A stretch of 64,000 nucleotides of DNA from Escherichia coli (GTDB lineage: Bacteria; Pseudomonadota; Gammaproteobacteria; Enterobacterales; Enterobacteriaceae). Every line of letters starts with the position of its first letter. Position 1 is the first letter of the stretch. Both the position numbers and the translations under genes were made by a program. The stretch lies in the NCBI RefSeq assembly GCF_050320075.1, contig NZ_CP190018.1; one strand, written 5' to 3'. Positions 42,483-52,758 of this stretch are shown piece after piece. The notes under the pieces are model-generated. The model was not told the origin of the DNA, searched no databases, and saw nothing but the letters and a program-made list of their open reading frames with translations.

Positions 42483-43800
42483 CAGGGCGAAATCATGAAG
42501 GCCCGCAGCCAGCAAGGATTAGAGAAAGGTATTCATTCTTACGTCCTGCCCGCTTTTGCTTGCGTTTAATACCCGCTTTAAAGCTATTCTCTGCGGTCAG
42601 TAAATTCATCGCGATATGTCGACAAACTGCCAGATTTTCTCCCGCTTCTCCACGAACAATCTGGCATTCATCTTCCCGCATCCCCATATCAAGTCGCCAG
42701 TGCAGTTGATTTTCTACCGACCAGTGTGCTCGTGTTGCTTCCAGGAGTTCTTTCGCCGTAAGCGTCACCGAACTTATGTAGTAGCGAAGAATACACTTCT
42801 CTGATTTCACCGCTGTTTCTCCTTCCTGTCTGCTCGCCAGCACTATTCCTATCGTGCTCAGCTCTGACCATTCATAAGCTAAATCACCCAGAGCGGTTAA
42901 ATCATGGCTCACAATGCAGCATCGTGTATCTTCCCGTCCATGCCCTTTTTCCTGCGTGCTGTAACTGTCATACCTCTCACCCAGCCACATTGTCGGCGAG
43001 TACCCGTTATCAAACGCCTCCGCTAATTTTCCCTGATTTCCTTTCAGCGCCAGCAGGTAACCGGCTTTCTTTTTCAGAATTTCACGGGCGATTATATGCT
43101 GGCAACCCATTGCATCCAGCGTGACCAGACACCCTTTTAATTCCAGCAACTGGAGCCGTTCCGGGATCGCCGTTATCTCATTCGATTTTGCCCCTGTTTT
43201 CACCTGCCCCAAAACCAGACGATTTTCTGCGCTAAAAGCACTGACCCTATGGATCACGGCATTACGTTTCGATTTATCGTAAGTACCCCGTAATGACTTA
43301 CCATCAATCGCCACAACAGAGCCTTCAGACAACGTGTGACAGTCCTTCATCTACTGGATAAAAAGGGGCTGTAATTGTTTTGCTGAAATCATTCCCATCA
43401 CTCGGGCAATCGTGTGATGGGAGGGGGTGCCATTTTCAAAATCACCATACAGGCGTAACCATTCCAGATGCTCCTCACCAAAATCAGCAATTTCTTCCCA
43501 TCCTTCAGCGCCACCGATAATGGCGGTGATCGTCAGAAAAAGGATATCCGCCAGGCTGTAACTGGTTTTCCAGGACTGGCGATAATCGTGAATAATTGAA
43601 ATTTGATCCAAAAGGCTTAGTCCGTTCATGGTGTGCTATCCATCAAAAAGAAAGGATAAGATCACACTGAAATAAGATGGTCAAATTGATCGAAAAAAAA
43701 GATCAACATGATGGGTTTTACGATAAAAGTAATGTCGCGATTTAAAAATTCATCATTCACCAAAGTCTTGTGGGGCGCGGGCTTTCATGCTTTTTCCCTG
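42483..43800 (-). mobile_element. Complete H-repeat / ISAs1-family element (1318 bp)
   Basis: It has imperfect 24-bp terminal inverted repeats. One is CAGGGCGAAATCATGAAGGCCCGC at 42483. The other, the reverse complement of 43777..43800, is CAGGGAAAAAGCATGAAAGCCCGC. No clear target duplication was found. Confidence 0.8.
42493..43629 (-). pseudogene. ISAs1-family transposase interrupted by one in-frame amber codon
   Basis: Track ORFs 43351..43629 and 42493..43350 are contiguous in one frame: ...QLQPLFIQ-TAG-MKDCHTLSEGSVVAIDGKSLRG. The remnant copy has W at the equivalent position (FINWMLDCH), which implies TGG to TAG. Confidence 0.85.
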
Positions 43801-44040
43801 ATACGCTACCGCTCTGCCCTGATAACATGATCTGCACGGCGCTATCATATCGACATATTTCTCTACATGCGAAAGGATGTTTTATTTTCGGATTATATTA
43901 AATTGATATTTCATATAAAAAACGAGATTACATAAATCATATAAATAATTGTACCAACTTTAATTACCATTCATAGCAAACAAATGGATGTCCAGTTAAC
44001 TACGCCAGTGATTTATTAACATTAATCTCCGGCATTATTG

Positions 44041-44647
44041 TTAAATAATGGCATTCCTTTTTAGTATTTCTTGTAACGTTGGTATCGGACATACAGCATC
44101 AGCAATCGCACTGATATTCGCGGCATTATCTTGAAACCATTCATGCCCCGGTCCCCATATGCGCATAACGCAGAGATAAGGGTAGCTGATCGCCAAACGC
44201 ATAAGGTTCAGCAGTGAGCTACGAATTCAACCAGATATAAAACGATTTTCGATATTCAATAACATTCTTCTTTAACTGTTCGGGTGCGTCAGGAGCCCAA
44301 CGCTCAGGGTAATCGGCGAAAGTGAATGTTGGATAGACATTAGCAACCAGCCAGACCAATAGCCGTTGAAACTGCTGACGTTCGGCGCGCCCAACCGGTG
44401 GCGCAAGGTCCGGGCGACGATCGAGAACCATCAATGCAATCGCCGCTGTCTCCGTCATAATCTCGTCATTTTCCAGCGCCAGTGTCGGAATCTGACACAA
44501 CGGGTTCAGGGTTTTCAATAACTCGCGTGAGGTTCCCTCGTGGTCAAAACCACTGACATCAACGAACTGATAAGGAATATCAGCCAGTGTTAGCATCAGC
44601 TCACTGATTGTAGAGCCCCATCCGGGTACGCCATACACCTTAATCAT
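44041..44647 (-). pseudogene. yncG: Glutathione S-transferase homolog, decayed (nonsense plus frameshift)
   Basis: The 142-aa ORF stops at TAG 44219..44221. The same frame continues LTAEPYAFGDQ..., and after a frame change reads WGPGHEWFQDNAANISAIADAVCPIPTLQEILKRNAII* ending at 44041. This is the missing GST C-terminal domain. Confidence 0.8.
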
Positions 44648-44913
44648 ATGCCCCTCACAATCTTTTAAAGATTAAGTGTAGGACAGTACACAGGTTAACC
44701 AGCAAAAGGATTTGTCATTTTTTCGTCAGTTGTATTATTCCCCTTCAGGATTGTAAGGGGATGTTTTGCATCGTTTATCGATAACGGGTAGGATGCTGCG
44801 CCGATAGTTTTATACCCATAAAGAATAATGGTGATAACTATCATCGCCAGGATGAATAAACATTGTTCATGGCAACTTATATGACTTTTTCATTAAAGCA
44901 ATCAGGGAGAGCA

Positions 44914-46413
44914 ATGAGTAAACACGACACCGACACTTCAGATCAACACGCCGCGAAACGCCGCTGGCTTAATGCCCACGAAGAGGGGTATCACAAAGCG
45001 ATGGGCAATCGCCAGGTACAGATGATCGCCATTGGCGGCGCGATTGGTACGGGTTTGTTTTTAGGCGCGGGAGCCCGACTGCAAATGGCGGGGCCAGCAC
45101 TGGCACTGGTCTATTTGATCTGCGGCCTGTTTTCATTTTTTATTCTGCGTGCATTGGGTGAGCTGGTGTTACACCGCCCTTCCAGTGGCAGTTTTGTCTC
45201 TTATGCCCGTGAGTTTTTAGGAGAGAAAGCCGCTTACGTTGCAGGCTGGATGTACTTCATCAACTGGGCGATGACGGGGATTGTCGATATTACCGCCGTC
45301 GCTCTGTATATGCATTACTGGGGTGCGTTTGGCGGCGTGCCGCAGTGGGTCTTTGCGCTCGCTGCGCTGACCATCGTTGGCACCATGAATATGATCGGTG
45401 TGAAATGGTTTGCCGAGATGGAGTTCTGGTTTGCGCTTATTAAAGTGCTCGCCATTGTTACCTTTTTGGTCGTGGGTACAGTGTTCCTCGGTAGTGGTCA
45501 GCCGCTGGATGGCAACACCACTGGTTTTCATTTAATTACCGATAACGGCGGCTTCTTCCCCCACGGTTTGCTGCCTGCGCTGGTGTTGATTCAGGGCGTA
45601 GTGTTTGCTTTTGCCTCCATTGAAATGGTGGGTACAGCTGCCGGAGAATGTAAAGATCCGCAGACCATGGTGCCTAAAGCCATTAACAGTGTGATTTGGC
45701 GTATTGGCCTGTTTTACGTCGGCTCCGTGGTGTTGCTGGTTATGTTATTGCCGTGGAGCGCATATCAGGCGGGGCAAAGTCCGTTCGTGACGTTTTTCTC
45801 TAAACTGGGTGTGCCATATATCGGCAGCATTATGAACATTGTGGTGCTGACCGCTGCCCTCTCCAGCCTGAACTCAGGTCTGTACTGCACCGGACGTATT
45901 CTGCGCTCAATGGCGATGGGCGGTTCCGCACCGAGTTTTATGGCGAAAATGAGTCGTCAGCATGTGCCGTATGCCGGGATTCTGGCGACACTGGTTGTGT
46001 ATGTCGTCGGCGTATTCCTCAACTATCTGGTGCCGTCGCGCGTATTTGAGATTGTGTTGAACTTCGCGTCGCTGGGAATTATCGCCTCATGGGCGTTTAT
46101 CATCGTGTGCCAGATGCGCCTGCGTAAAGCGATTAAAGAAGGCAAAGCCGCGGATGTCAGTTTTAAACTGCCTGGCGCGCCCTTCACTTCCTGGCTGACA
46201 TTACTGTTTTTGCTGAGCGTCCTGGTGCTGATGGCGTTCGATTACCCGAACGGGACTTATACCATCGCGGCGCTGCCGATTATCGGTATTCTGCTGGTTA
46301 TAGGCTGGTTTGGTGTGCGCAAACGCGTTGCTGAAATTCACAGCACTGCGCCAGTCGTCGAGGAAGATGAAGAACAACAGGAAATTGTGTTTAAGCCTGA
46401 AACGGCGAGTTAA
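44914..46413 (+). CDS. ansP: L-asparagine permease (APC family)
   Basis: ORF trimmed to MSKHDTDTSDQHAAKRRWLNAHEEGYHKAMGNRQVQMIAIGG (499 aa). Confidence 0.95.
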   Translation: MSKHDTDTSDQHAAKRRWLNAHEEGYHKAMGNRQVQMIAIGGAIGTGLFLGAGARLQMAGPALALVYLICGLFSFFILRALGELVLHRPSSGSFVSYAREFLGEKAAYVAGWMYFINWAMTGIVDITAVALYMHYWGAFGGVPQWVFALAALTIVGTMNMIGVKWFAEMEFWFALIKVLAIVTFLVVGTVFLGSGQPLDGNTTGFHLITDNGGFFPHGLLPALVLIQGVVFAFASIEMVGTAAGECKDPQTMVPKAINSVIWRIGLFYVGSVVLLVMLLPWSAYQAGQSPFVTFFSKLGVPYIGSIMNIVVLTAALSSLNSGLYCTGRILRSMAMGGSAPSFMAKMSRQHVPYAGILATLVVYVVGVFLNYLVPSRVFEIVLNFASLGIIASWAFIIVCQMRLRKAIKEGKAADVSFKLPGAPFTSWLTLLFLLSVLVLMAFDYPNGTYTIAALPIIGILLVIGWFGVRKRVAEIHSTAPVVEEDEEQQEIVFKPETAS

Positions 46414-46417
46414 TTGC

Positions 46418-46450
46418 AAAATTGCCCGGCTACGTGCCGGGCAAATTCAA
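46418..46450. terminator. Bidirectional terminator between ansP and yncE
   Basis: TTGCCCGGCtacgtGCCGGGCAA flanked by A/T runs. Confidence 0.75.
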
Positions 46451-46525
46451 ATTACTGACGAAGGTGCCGGATACGGCGTGATAAAAGTCAGGCAAGTCTC
46501 ACCGTTTTCACCCTCGCCATATCTA

Positions 46526-47587
46526 TTACAGCGCAATACGAATCACATCATCCGGCTGGGTTGCTTCCTGCTGTTTAGTGGATTTTTGTTTCACACTGAC
46601 ATACAGCGTTTTACCATCGGCAGACAGCGCCAGGCTGTTCGGATGAGTCGGCGTATCGAACGTTTTCACCACTTTATAGCTTTTCGCGTCAATCACACTG
46701 ACTTTACCTGCCTGACGATGCGTTACGTAGGCTTCATTACGCGCCGGGTTAAACAGCACAGCCAGTGATTCCGGTGCCGCAACCTTCGCCAGAATATTGC
46801 CATTACGGGTATCGACCACTAACACTTCTGCGGCTTTAGAATCGGTGATAAATGCACGCTGCCTGGCGGTATCAAGGCTAATGTTGATAAAGAAGTGCTC
46901 TTTGCCGTCATCCAGCAGCTTTTTACGGCTGAGGATTTTATTGTCGGCGGTGTCGATGGTAATCAATTCGCCGTCAGCGTTAGTGGTGTAAAGACGTTTG
47001 CCTTTGCTATCCAGCGCCAGACCGGTACTCATTTTACCGGTGTTCTGGATGGCGGTTTTCAGTTTGATATTCTCGCCATCAACGACCCAAATCACGCTCT
47101 CTTTACCAATACCACTGATGTAAACGGTGTTCGTGGCATCATCAGCTACCAGCTCACGCGGTTGCAGCGGGCGCACCTCTTCCGTGCGCTTACGATCATC
47201 CAGCACCAGACGGCCTTTCACTTCGCCCGTTTTGGCATCTATCGCCGTGACCGCGCTGTTTACAGTGTTACCAAACCACAACGTCTGAGTCGTGTTATTG
47301 ATGGTGGCACCAAACGGCTTGAGATCGTTATGGATCGCCTGCGTCACTTCCAGAGTAACCGGATCAAGACGATAAACCACGCCGCCTTTATCCAGTTTGC
47401 GGCTTTGCGAAGTGGCGAGCCACAGCGCGTTCTCCTGCTGGCTATAAGCCATTTCGTAGGCACCTTTACCTACCGCTTTACGCAGCATTTCTTCTGCAGC
47501 CTGCGTACTGAATGATGAAGCAACAAGCAATGAACCTAACAGTAATGAACCACGCAGGCGCGATGAAAACAGATGACGTAAATGCAT
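46526..47587 (-). CDS. yncE: Periplasmic seven-bladed beta-propeller protein
   Basis: A 353-aa protein with signal peptide MHLRHLFSSRLRGSLLLGSLLVASSFSTQA. Confidence 0.93.
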   Translation of the reverse strand: MHLRHLFSSRLRGSLLLGSLLVASSFSTQAAEEMLRKAVGKGAYEMAYSQQENALWLATSQSRKLDKGGVVYRLDPVTLEVTQAIHNDLKPFGATINNTTQTLWFGNTVNSAVTAIDAKTGEVKGRLVLDDRKRTEEVRPLQPRELVADDATNTVYISGIGKESVIWVVDGENIKLKTAIQNTGKMSTGLALDSKGKRLYTTNADGELITIDTADNKILSRKKLLDDGKEHFFINISLDTARQRAFITDSKAAEVLVVDTRNGNILAKVAAPESLAVLFNPARNEAYVTHRQAGKVSVIDAKSYKVVKTFDTPTHPNSLALSADGKTLYVSVKQKSTKQQEATQPDDVIRIAL

Positions 47588-47671
47588 GACGACTCCCTTT
47601 GATGAACCGATATTTTTGCTGCTTCACAATGCTTCGCTAAGCGTAATCATCGTTACGCTCTTGTTATAAAT

Positions 47672-47692
47672 GGGAATGGTAATCATTATTTT
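47672..47692. promoter_or_regulatory. Fur box in the yncE-yncD divergent promoter region
   Basis: GAATGGTAATCATTATT matches about 14 of 16 positions of AATGATAATCATTATC. Confidence 0.7.
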
Positions 47693-47828
47693 CTCAAATG
47701 TGGAGCATTTCTTGCCGTTACGACTACAATTTTCTCAATTACTTAACGTATCGTGCCGTTTCGTTTTCCATATATTTACAATTTTATTACCATGGCGGCG
47801 TTTTCCCATTCTTAACTTGGCTTTTTTC

Positions 47829-49931
47829 ATGAAGATTTTTTCCGTCCGACAGACCGTTTTGCCCGCACTGCTTGTCCTTTCCCCCGTTGTTTTTGCCGCT
47901 GATGAACAGACCATGATTGTCAGTGCCGCACCGCAGGTGGTTTCAGAACTGGATACCCCAGCAGCCGTGAGCGTGGTGGATGGCGAGGAGATGCGCCTGG
48001 CAACACCGCGCATTAACTTGTCCGAATCACTGACCAGCGTGCCTGGTTTGCAGGTACAAAACCGGCAGAACTATGCGCAAGATTTACAGCTGTCGATTCG
48101 CGGATTTGGCTCCCGCTCCACTTACGGAATTCGCGGTATTCGCCTGTATGTGGACGGTATTCCCGCCACCATGCCCGACGGACAAGGGCAAACATCCAAC
48201 ATCGATTTAAGCAGTGTACAAAATGTGGAAGTGCTGCGCGGCCCCTTCTCTGCTCTGTATGGCAACGCGTCTGGCGGTGTAATGAATGTCATCACCCAGA
48301 CCGGACAACAGCCACCAACCATTGAAGCCAGTAGTTACTACGGCAGTTTTGGCAGCTGGCGCTATGGGCTGAAAGCAACAGGCGCAATGGGCGACGGCAC
48401 TCAGCCTGGCGATGTCGATTACACCGTCTCAACCACGCGCTTTACGACCCACGGCTATCGTGATCATAGTGGCGCACAGAAAAATTTAGCCAATGCCAAA
48501 CTGGGCGTACGCATTGATGACGCCAGCAAATTAAGCCTGATTTTCAATAGTGTGGATATCAAAGCAGATGACCCAGGTGGGCTAACCGAAGCAGAATGGA
48601 AGGCGAATCCGCAACAAGCGCCACGCGCTGAACAGTACGACACGCGAAAAACCATCAAGCAAACTCAGGCTGGGTTGCGCTATGAACGTAGCCTGAGCGC
48701 ACAAGATGATATGAGTGTGATGATGTATGCCGGGGAGCGAGAAACGACCCAGTACCAGTCAATCCCGATGGCACCACAACTTAACCCGTCGCATGCGGGC
48801 GGCGTGATTACTCTGCAACGCCATTATCAGGGGATAGACAGCCGCTGGACACACCGTGGCGAGCTGGGCGTTCCGCTCACGTTCACTACCGGCCTGAACT
48901 ACGAAAACATGAGTGAAAATCGCAAAGGCTACAATAACTTCCGCCTGAATAGCGGCGTGCCGGAATACGGGCAAAAAGGTGAGTTGCGCCGTGACGAACG
49001 CAATCTGATGTGGAACGTCGATCCCTATTTGCAGACACAGTGGCAGCTGAGCGAAAAACTGTCGCTGGATGCTGGCGTGCGCTACAGCTCCGTATGGTTT
49101 GATTCCAACGACCATTACGTTACTTCGGGTAACGGCGATGACAGCGGTGATGCCAGTTATCACAAATGGCTACCTGCCGGTTCGTTAAAATATGCAATGA
49201 CCGATGCCTGGAATATCTATCTGGCAGCCGGGCGAGGTTTTGAAACGCCGACGATTAATGAGCTGTCTTATCGTGCTGACGGTCAAAGCGGTATGAACTT
49301 TGGTTTAAAACCATCCACCAACGATACAATTGAGATCGGCAGTAAAACGCGTATTGGTGATGGGCTGCTTAGTCTCGCATTGTTCCAGACCGACACCGAT
49401 GATGAAATTGTAGTCGATAGCAGTAGCGGTGGGCGTACGACTTACAAAAATGCCGGAAAGACCCGTCGTCAAGGCGCTGAGCTGGCATGGGATCAACGTT
49501 TCGCGGGAGATTTTCGTGTAAAAGCGTCCTGGACCTGGCTCGATGCGACCTATCGCAGCAATGTTTGCAATGAACAGGATTGTAACGGTAATCGGATGCC
49601 AGGGATCGCCCGTAATATGGGCTTTGCGTCGATAGGTTATGTACCGGAGGATGGCTGGTATGCAGGTACGGAAGCGCGTTATATGGGCGATATTATGGCA
49701 GATGATGAAAATACGGCCAAAGCGCCGTCTTATACTCTCGTCGGCTTATTCACCGGGTATAAATACAATTACCACAATTTAACTGTGGATTTATTTGGTC
49801 GTGTCGATAATTTATTCGATAAAGAATACGTTGGTTCTGTCATTGTCAATGAGTCAAACGGGCGATATTACGAACCTGCGCCCGGGCGAAATTATGGTGT
49901 CGGCATGAATATTGCATGGCGATTTGAGTAA
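47829..49931 (+). CDS. yncD: TonB-dependent outer-membrane receptor
   Basis: ORF trimmed to MKIFSVRQTVLPALLVLSPVVFA/ADEQTMIVSA (TonB box), 700 aa, with C-terminal ...NIAWRFE. Confidence 0.94.
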   Translation: MKIFSVRQTVLPALLVLSPVVFAADEQTMIVSAAPQVVSELDTPAAVSVVDGEEMRLATPRINLSESLTSVPGLQVQNRQNYAQDLQLSIRGFGSRSTYGIRGIRLYVDGIPATMPDGQGQTSNIDLSSVQNVEVLRGPFSALYGNASGGVMNVITQTGQQPPTIEASSYYGSFGSWRYGLKATGAMGDGTQPGDVDYTVSTTRFTTHGYRDHSGAQKNLANAKLGVRIDDASKLSLIFNSVDIKADDPGGLTEAEWKANPQQAPRAEQYDTRKTIKQTQAGLRYERSLSAQDDMSVMMYAGERETTQYQSIPMAPQLNPSHAGGVITLQRHYQGIDSRWTHRGELGVPLTFTTGLNYENMSENRKGYNNFRLNSGVPEYGQKGELRRDERNLMWNVDPYLQTQWQLSEKLSLDAGVRYSSVWFDSNDHYVTSGNGDDSGDASYHKWLPAGSLKYAMTDAWNIYLAAGRGFETPTINELSYRADGQSGMNFGLKPSTNDTIEIGSKTRIGDGLLSLALFQTDTDDEIVVDSSSGGRTTYKNAGKTRRQGAELAWDQRFAGDFRVKASWTWLDATYRSNVCNEQDCNGNRMPGIARNMGFASIGYVPEDGWYAGTEARYMGDIMADDENTAKAPSYTLVGLFTGYKYNYHNLTVDLFGRVDNLFDKEYVGSVIVNESNGRYYEPAPGRNYGVGMNIAWRFE

Positions 49932-49940
49932 TTACCTTGA

Positions 49941-49963
49941 TGCCCGGTATTTGCCGGGCATTT
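49941..49963. terminator. Terminator after yncD (formerly shared with mcbR)
   Basis: TGCCCGGtatttgCCGGGCA followed by TTT. Confidence 0.75.
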
Positions 49964-49965
49964 AA

Positions 49966-50678
49966 TTGTGCACAGAAAACCCCCAGCTAGGCTGGGGGTT
50001 CCGGAAAGCTTTCAGCTTTAAGCCAGTTATTAAAACCCCTTTTGATTTGTTAAAACACCTTGCGGTCTGGCAACTGCAAGTGTCAAACAAGAAATCAAAA
50101 GGGGGTCCCAATGGGGAACGAAAAGAGCTTAGCGCACACCCGATGGAACTGTAAATATCACATAGTTTTTGCGCCAAAATACCGAAGACAGGTGTTCTAC
50201 AGAGAGAAGCGTAGAGCAATAGGCAGTATTTTGAGAAAGCTGTGTGAGTGGAAAAGTGTACGGATTCTGGAAGCTGAATGCTGTGCAGATCATATCCATA
50301 TGCTTGTGGAGATCCCGCCCAAAATGAGCGTATCCGGCTTTATGGGATATCTGAAAGGGAAAAGCAGTCTGATGCTTTACGAGCAGTTTGGTGATTTGAA
50401 ATTCAAATACAGGAACAGGGAGTTCTGGTGCAGAGGGTACTACGTCGATACGGTGGGTAAGAACACGGCGAAGATACAGGATTACATAAAGCACCAGCTT
50501 GAAGAGGATAAAATGGGAGAGCAGTTATCGATTCCCTATCCGGGCAGCCCGTTTACGGGCCGTAAGTAACGAAGTTGGATGCAAATGTCAGATCGTGTGC
50601 GCCTGTTAGGGCGCGGCTGGTAAGAGAGCCTTATAGGCGCATTTGAAAAACCTCCGGCTATGCCGGAGGATATTTATT
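49966..50678 (+). mobile_element. IS200 (about 713 bp), copy 2
   Basis: It has the same ends as copy 1. The left-end hairpin is 49980..49998. The long 5'-UTR stem 50036..50105 (CCCCTTTTGATTTGTT...AACAAGAAATCAAAAGGGG) buries the Shine-Dalgarno sequence. The right-end hairpin is at 50651..50669. Confidence 0.9.
50111..50569 (+). CDS. tnpA: IS200 TnpA (Y1/HUH transposase)
   Basis: MGNEKSLAHTRWNCKYHIVFAPKYRRQVFYREKRRAIG... (152 aa). It differs from copy 1 at several residues (D3N, LAFYG vs QVFYR). Confidence 0.93.
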   Translation: MGNEKSLAHTRWNCKYHIVFAPKYRRQVFYREKRRAIGSILRKLCEWKSVRILEAECCADHIHMLVEIPPKMSVSGFMGYLKGKSSLMLYEQFGDLKFKYRNREFWCRGYYVDTVGKNTAKIQDYIKHQLEEDKMGEQLSIPYPGSPFTGRK

Positions 50679-51343
50679 TAACGATTGTATTGCTGGTATA
50701 AAATAGCAATATTTTGTTGCATAATTTCAGCAAGACAATGTCTGCATCCCTCTTTGTCTTTTGCTTTTAACGCGGCGAGTAATAGACGATAGTTTTCTAT
50801 ACGTTCCCGTAATTCCGCTGGATTAATCGCTTCATAAAGATAATGTAAACCAGGTCCCATCCTGACCCACAGTTGCTCAATCATCTCACACAGGATGGGC
50901 ATATTTGAACGATGATAAATTGCTAAGCGAAATAGCCTGTTCGCATTAATGATTTGTTCCATGTCGCCCTTTTCTTGCGCCTGCTGTAATTTCTCGAGCA
51001 ATTCCTCGAGTTCCGCCAGGTCTTGCGAGGTGAGGTTTTCAACAGCCAGAGTAACTGCCATTAATTCCAGCTCGTAGCGGATCCGATTGATTTCGTCTAA
51101 TTGACGTTTCCCCACTTCCGGAACTGTAAATGCTTGCGCTGGTGCGACAGAAAGCGCATTCACCGAAACCAGACGTAATAATGCTTCACGCACAGGTGTA
51201 ATACTCATACCTAATTGCTCCGCCAGATTTTTAGTAATCAGGCGTGCGCCAGGTTTTAGTGCGCCAATACTAAGCTGATGTTTCAGGTCATTCTCAACCT
51301 GCAGAGTCAAACTGACATGTTTCATTTTTTCCGTTCCAGGCAT
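50678..51343 (-). CDS. mcbR: GntR/FadR-family transcriptional regulator
   Basis: ORF trimmed to MPGTEKMKHVSLTLQVENDLKHQL (221 aa). Confidence 0.92.
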   Translation of the reverse strand: MPGTEKMKHVSLTLQVENDLKHQLSIGALKPGARLITKNLAEQLGMSITPVREALLRLVSVNALSVAPAQAFTVPEVGKRQLDEINRIRYELELMAVTLAVENLTSQDLAELEELLEKLQQAQEKGDMEQIINANRLFRLAIYHRSNMPILCEMIEQLWVRMGPGLHYLYEAINPAELRERIENYRLLLAALKAKDKEGCRHCLAEIMQQNIAILYQQYNR

Positions 51344-51540
51344 TTTAATTCCTTCGCGTGTTTTCTGTCCAACCCTGCCTGCATGGCAGAAGGAGTTCAC
51401 CTGGGGTATTAAAGTGAATAATCATAAACCACTCACCTTTATTGTTATTAGCAGCAGAACAATGACGTAGTTAGTTAATTAAAGCTGAAAATAAGCTTTT
51501 TGCCTGGATTTTTATGGCGGCTTACGCCGCCGTCGTATCT

Positions 51541-52578
51541 TTAATCATCACCCGCCACGCGGATCACCACTTTGCCGAAGTTTTTACCCTTCAGCAGGCC
51601 GATAAATGTCTGTGGCGCATTCTCTAAACCGTCAGTAATTTCTTCGCGGTAGTGGATTTTATCCTCTTTCACCCATTGCCCCATCTCCTTCTGAAACTCA
51701 TGGATGCGGTGACCATAATCCTGAGCGATAATAAATCCTTGCAAGCGAATACGTTTTTTCAGCACCGTAGCCATCAGCAGAGGTAAACGATCCGGGCCGG
51801 GTGGTAGCTCTGTAGCGTTATAGCTGCTCACTAAGCCGCAGACGGGAATGCGCGCAGATGTATTAAGTAACGGTAGCACCGCATCAAATACTTTACCGCC
51901 CACGTTTTCATAATAGATATCAACGCCTTTTGGGCACGCTTTCGCCAGTTGTTCGGCAAAATCATCCGCGTGATGGTCAAGACAAACATCGAAGCCCTGC
52001 ACCTCAGTAGCATGGCGGCATTTTTCCGCGCCACCGGCCACCCCAACCACTCTACAACCTTTAAGTTTGCCGATTTGACCCACCGTCGCCCCTACTGGTC
52101 CTGTCGCCGCAGCTACCACCAGCGTTTCGCCCTCTTTAGGCTGGCCGATATCCAGTAGGCCCATATAAGCAGTAAAGCCTGGCATCCCCAGCACACCCAG
52201 CGACCACGATGGATTTTGCGGATGATCGCCAAGTTTCACCAAATCATCACCACTGGATATGTCATAGTCCTGCCATCCACTGTAGCCCAGCACCCAGTCG
52301 CCAGGCTGATAATCAGGATGATTCGACTCCACGACACGGCTCACCGTGCCGCCGACCATCACGCCGCCAATATCAACAGGCGGTGAATAAGATGGCTCAT
52401 CGCTCATACGTCCACGCATATACGGGTCCAGGGACAAATAAACTGTGCGCAGTAACACCTGTCCTTCACCCGGTGTGGCGACATCATCTTCTTCAAGACG
52501 GAAATTCTCCGGAACCGGTGCGCCATGCGGACGCGAGGCCAGAACCCAACGGCGGTTACGCTGCTTTTGTTGCCCCAT
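51541..52578 (-). CDS. curA: NADPH-dependent curcumin/dihydrocurcumin reductase (MDR family)
   Basis: ORF trimmed to MGQQKQRNRRWVLASRPHGAPVPENF (345 aa). Confidence 0.93.
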   Translation of the reverse strand: MGQQKQRNRRWVLASRPHGAPVPENFRLEEDDVATPGEGQVLLRTVYLSLDPYMRGRMSDEPSYSPPVDIGGVMVGGTVSRVVESNHPDYQPGDWVLGYSGWQDYDISSGDDLVKLGDHPQNPSWSLGVLGMPGFTAYMGLLDIGQPKEGETLVVAAATGPVGATVGQIGKLKGCRVVGVAGGAEKCRHATEVQGFDVCLDHHADDFAEQLAKACPKGVDIYYENVGGKVFDAVLPLLNTSARIPVCGLVSSYNATELPPGPDRLPLLMATVLKKRIRLQGFIIAQDYGHRIHEFQKEMGQWVKEDKIHYREEITDGLENAPQTFIGLLKGKNFGKVVIRVAGDD

Positions 52579-52758
52579 AATGCTCTCCTGTGCTTTTGGC
52601 ATGAATCCATCAATAGTAGCAGGCTCACGGGATTGGTTTTGTTTGCAGCCGTCACATCCCCTCTGCAACACGCAATAATTTCATCGAGGAATCCGTTGCT
52701 TCGGGCTGTTTTCGATAGTATTGATAACATCATCATCATTATTTTATCGAGGCCAGAC

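Noticed and set aside
10067-50678. A possible inversion between the inverted IS200 copies
   Set aside because: Gene order and orientation across both junctions (yddM|IS200|fdnI and yncD|IS200|mcbR) are the ancestral convergent pairs, so no inversion has taken place in this sequence.
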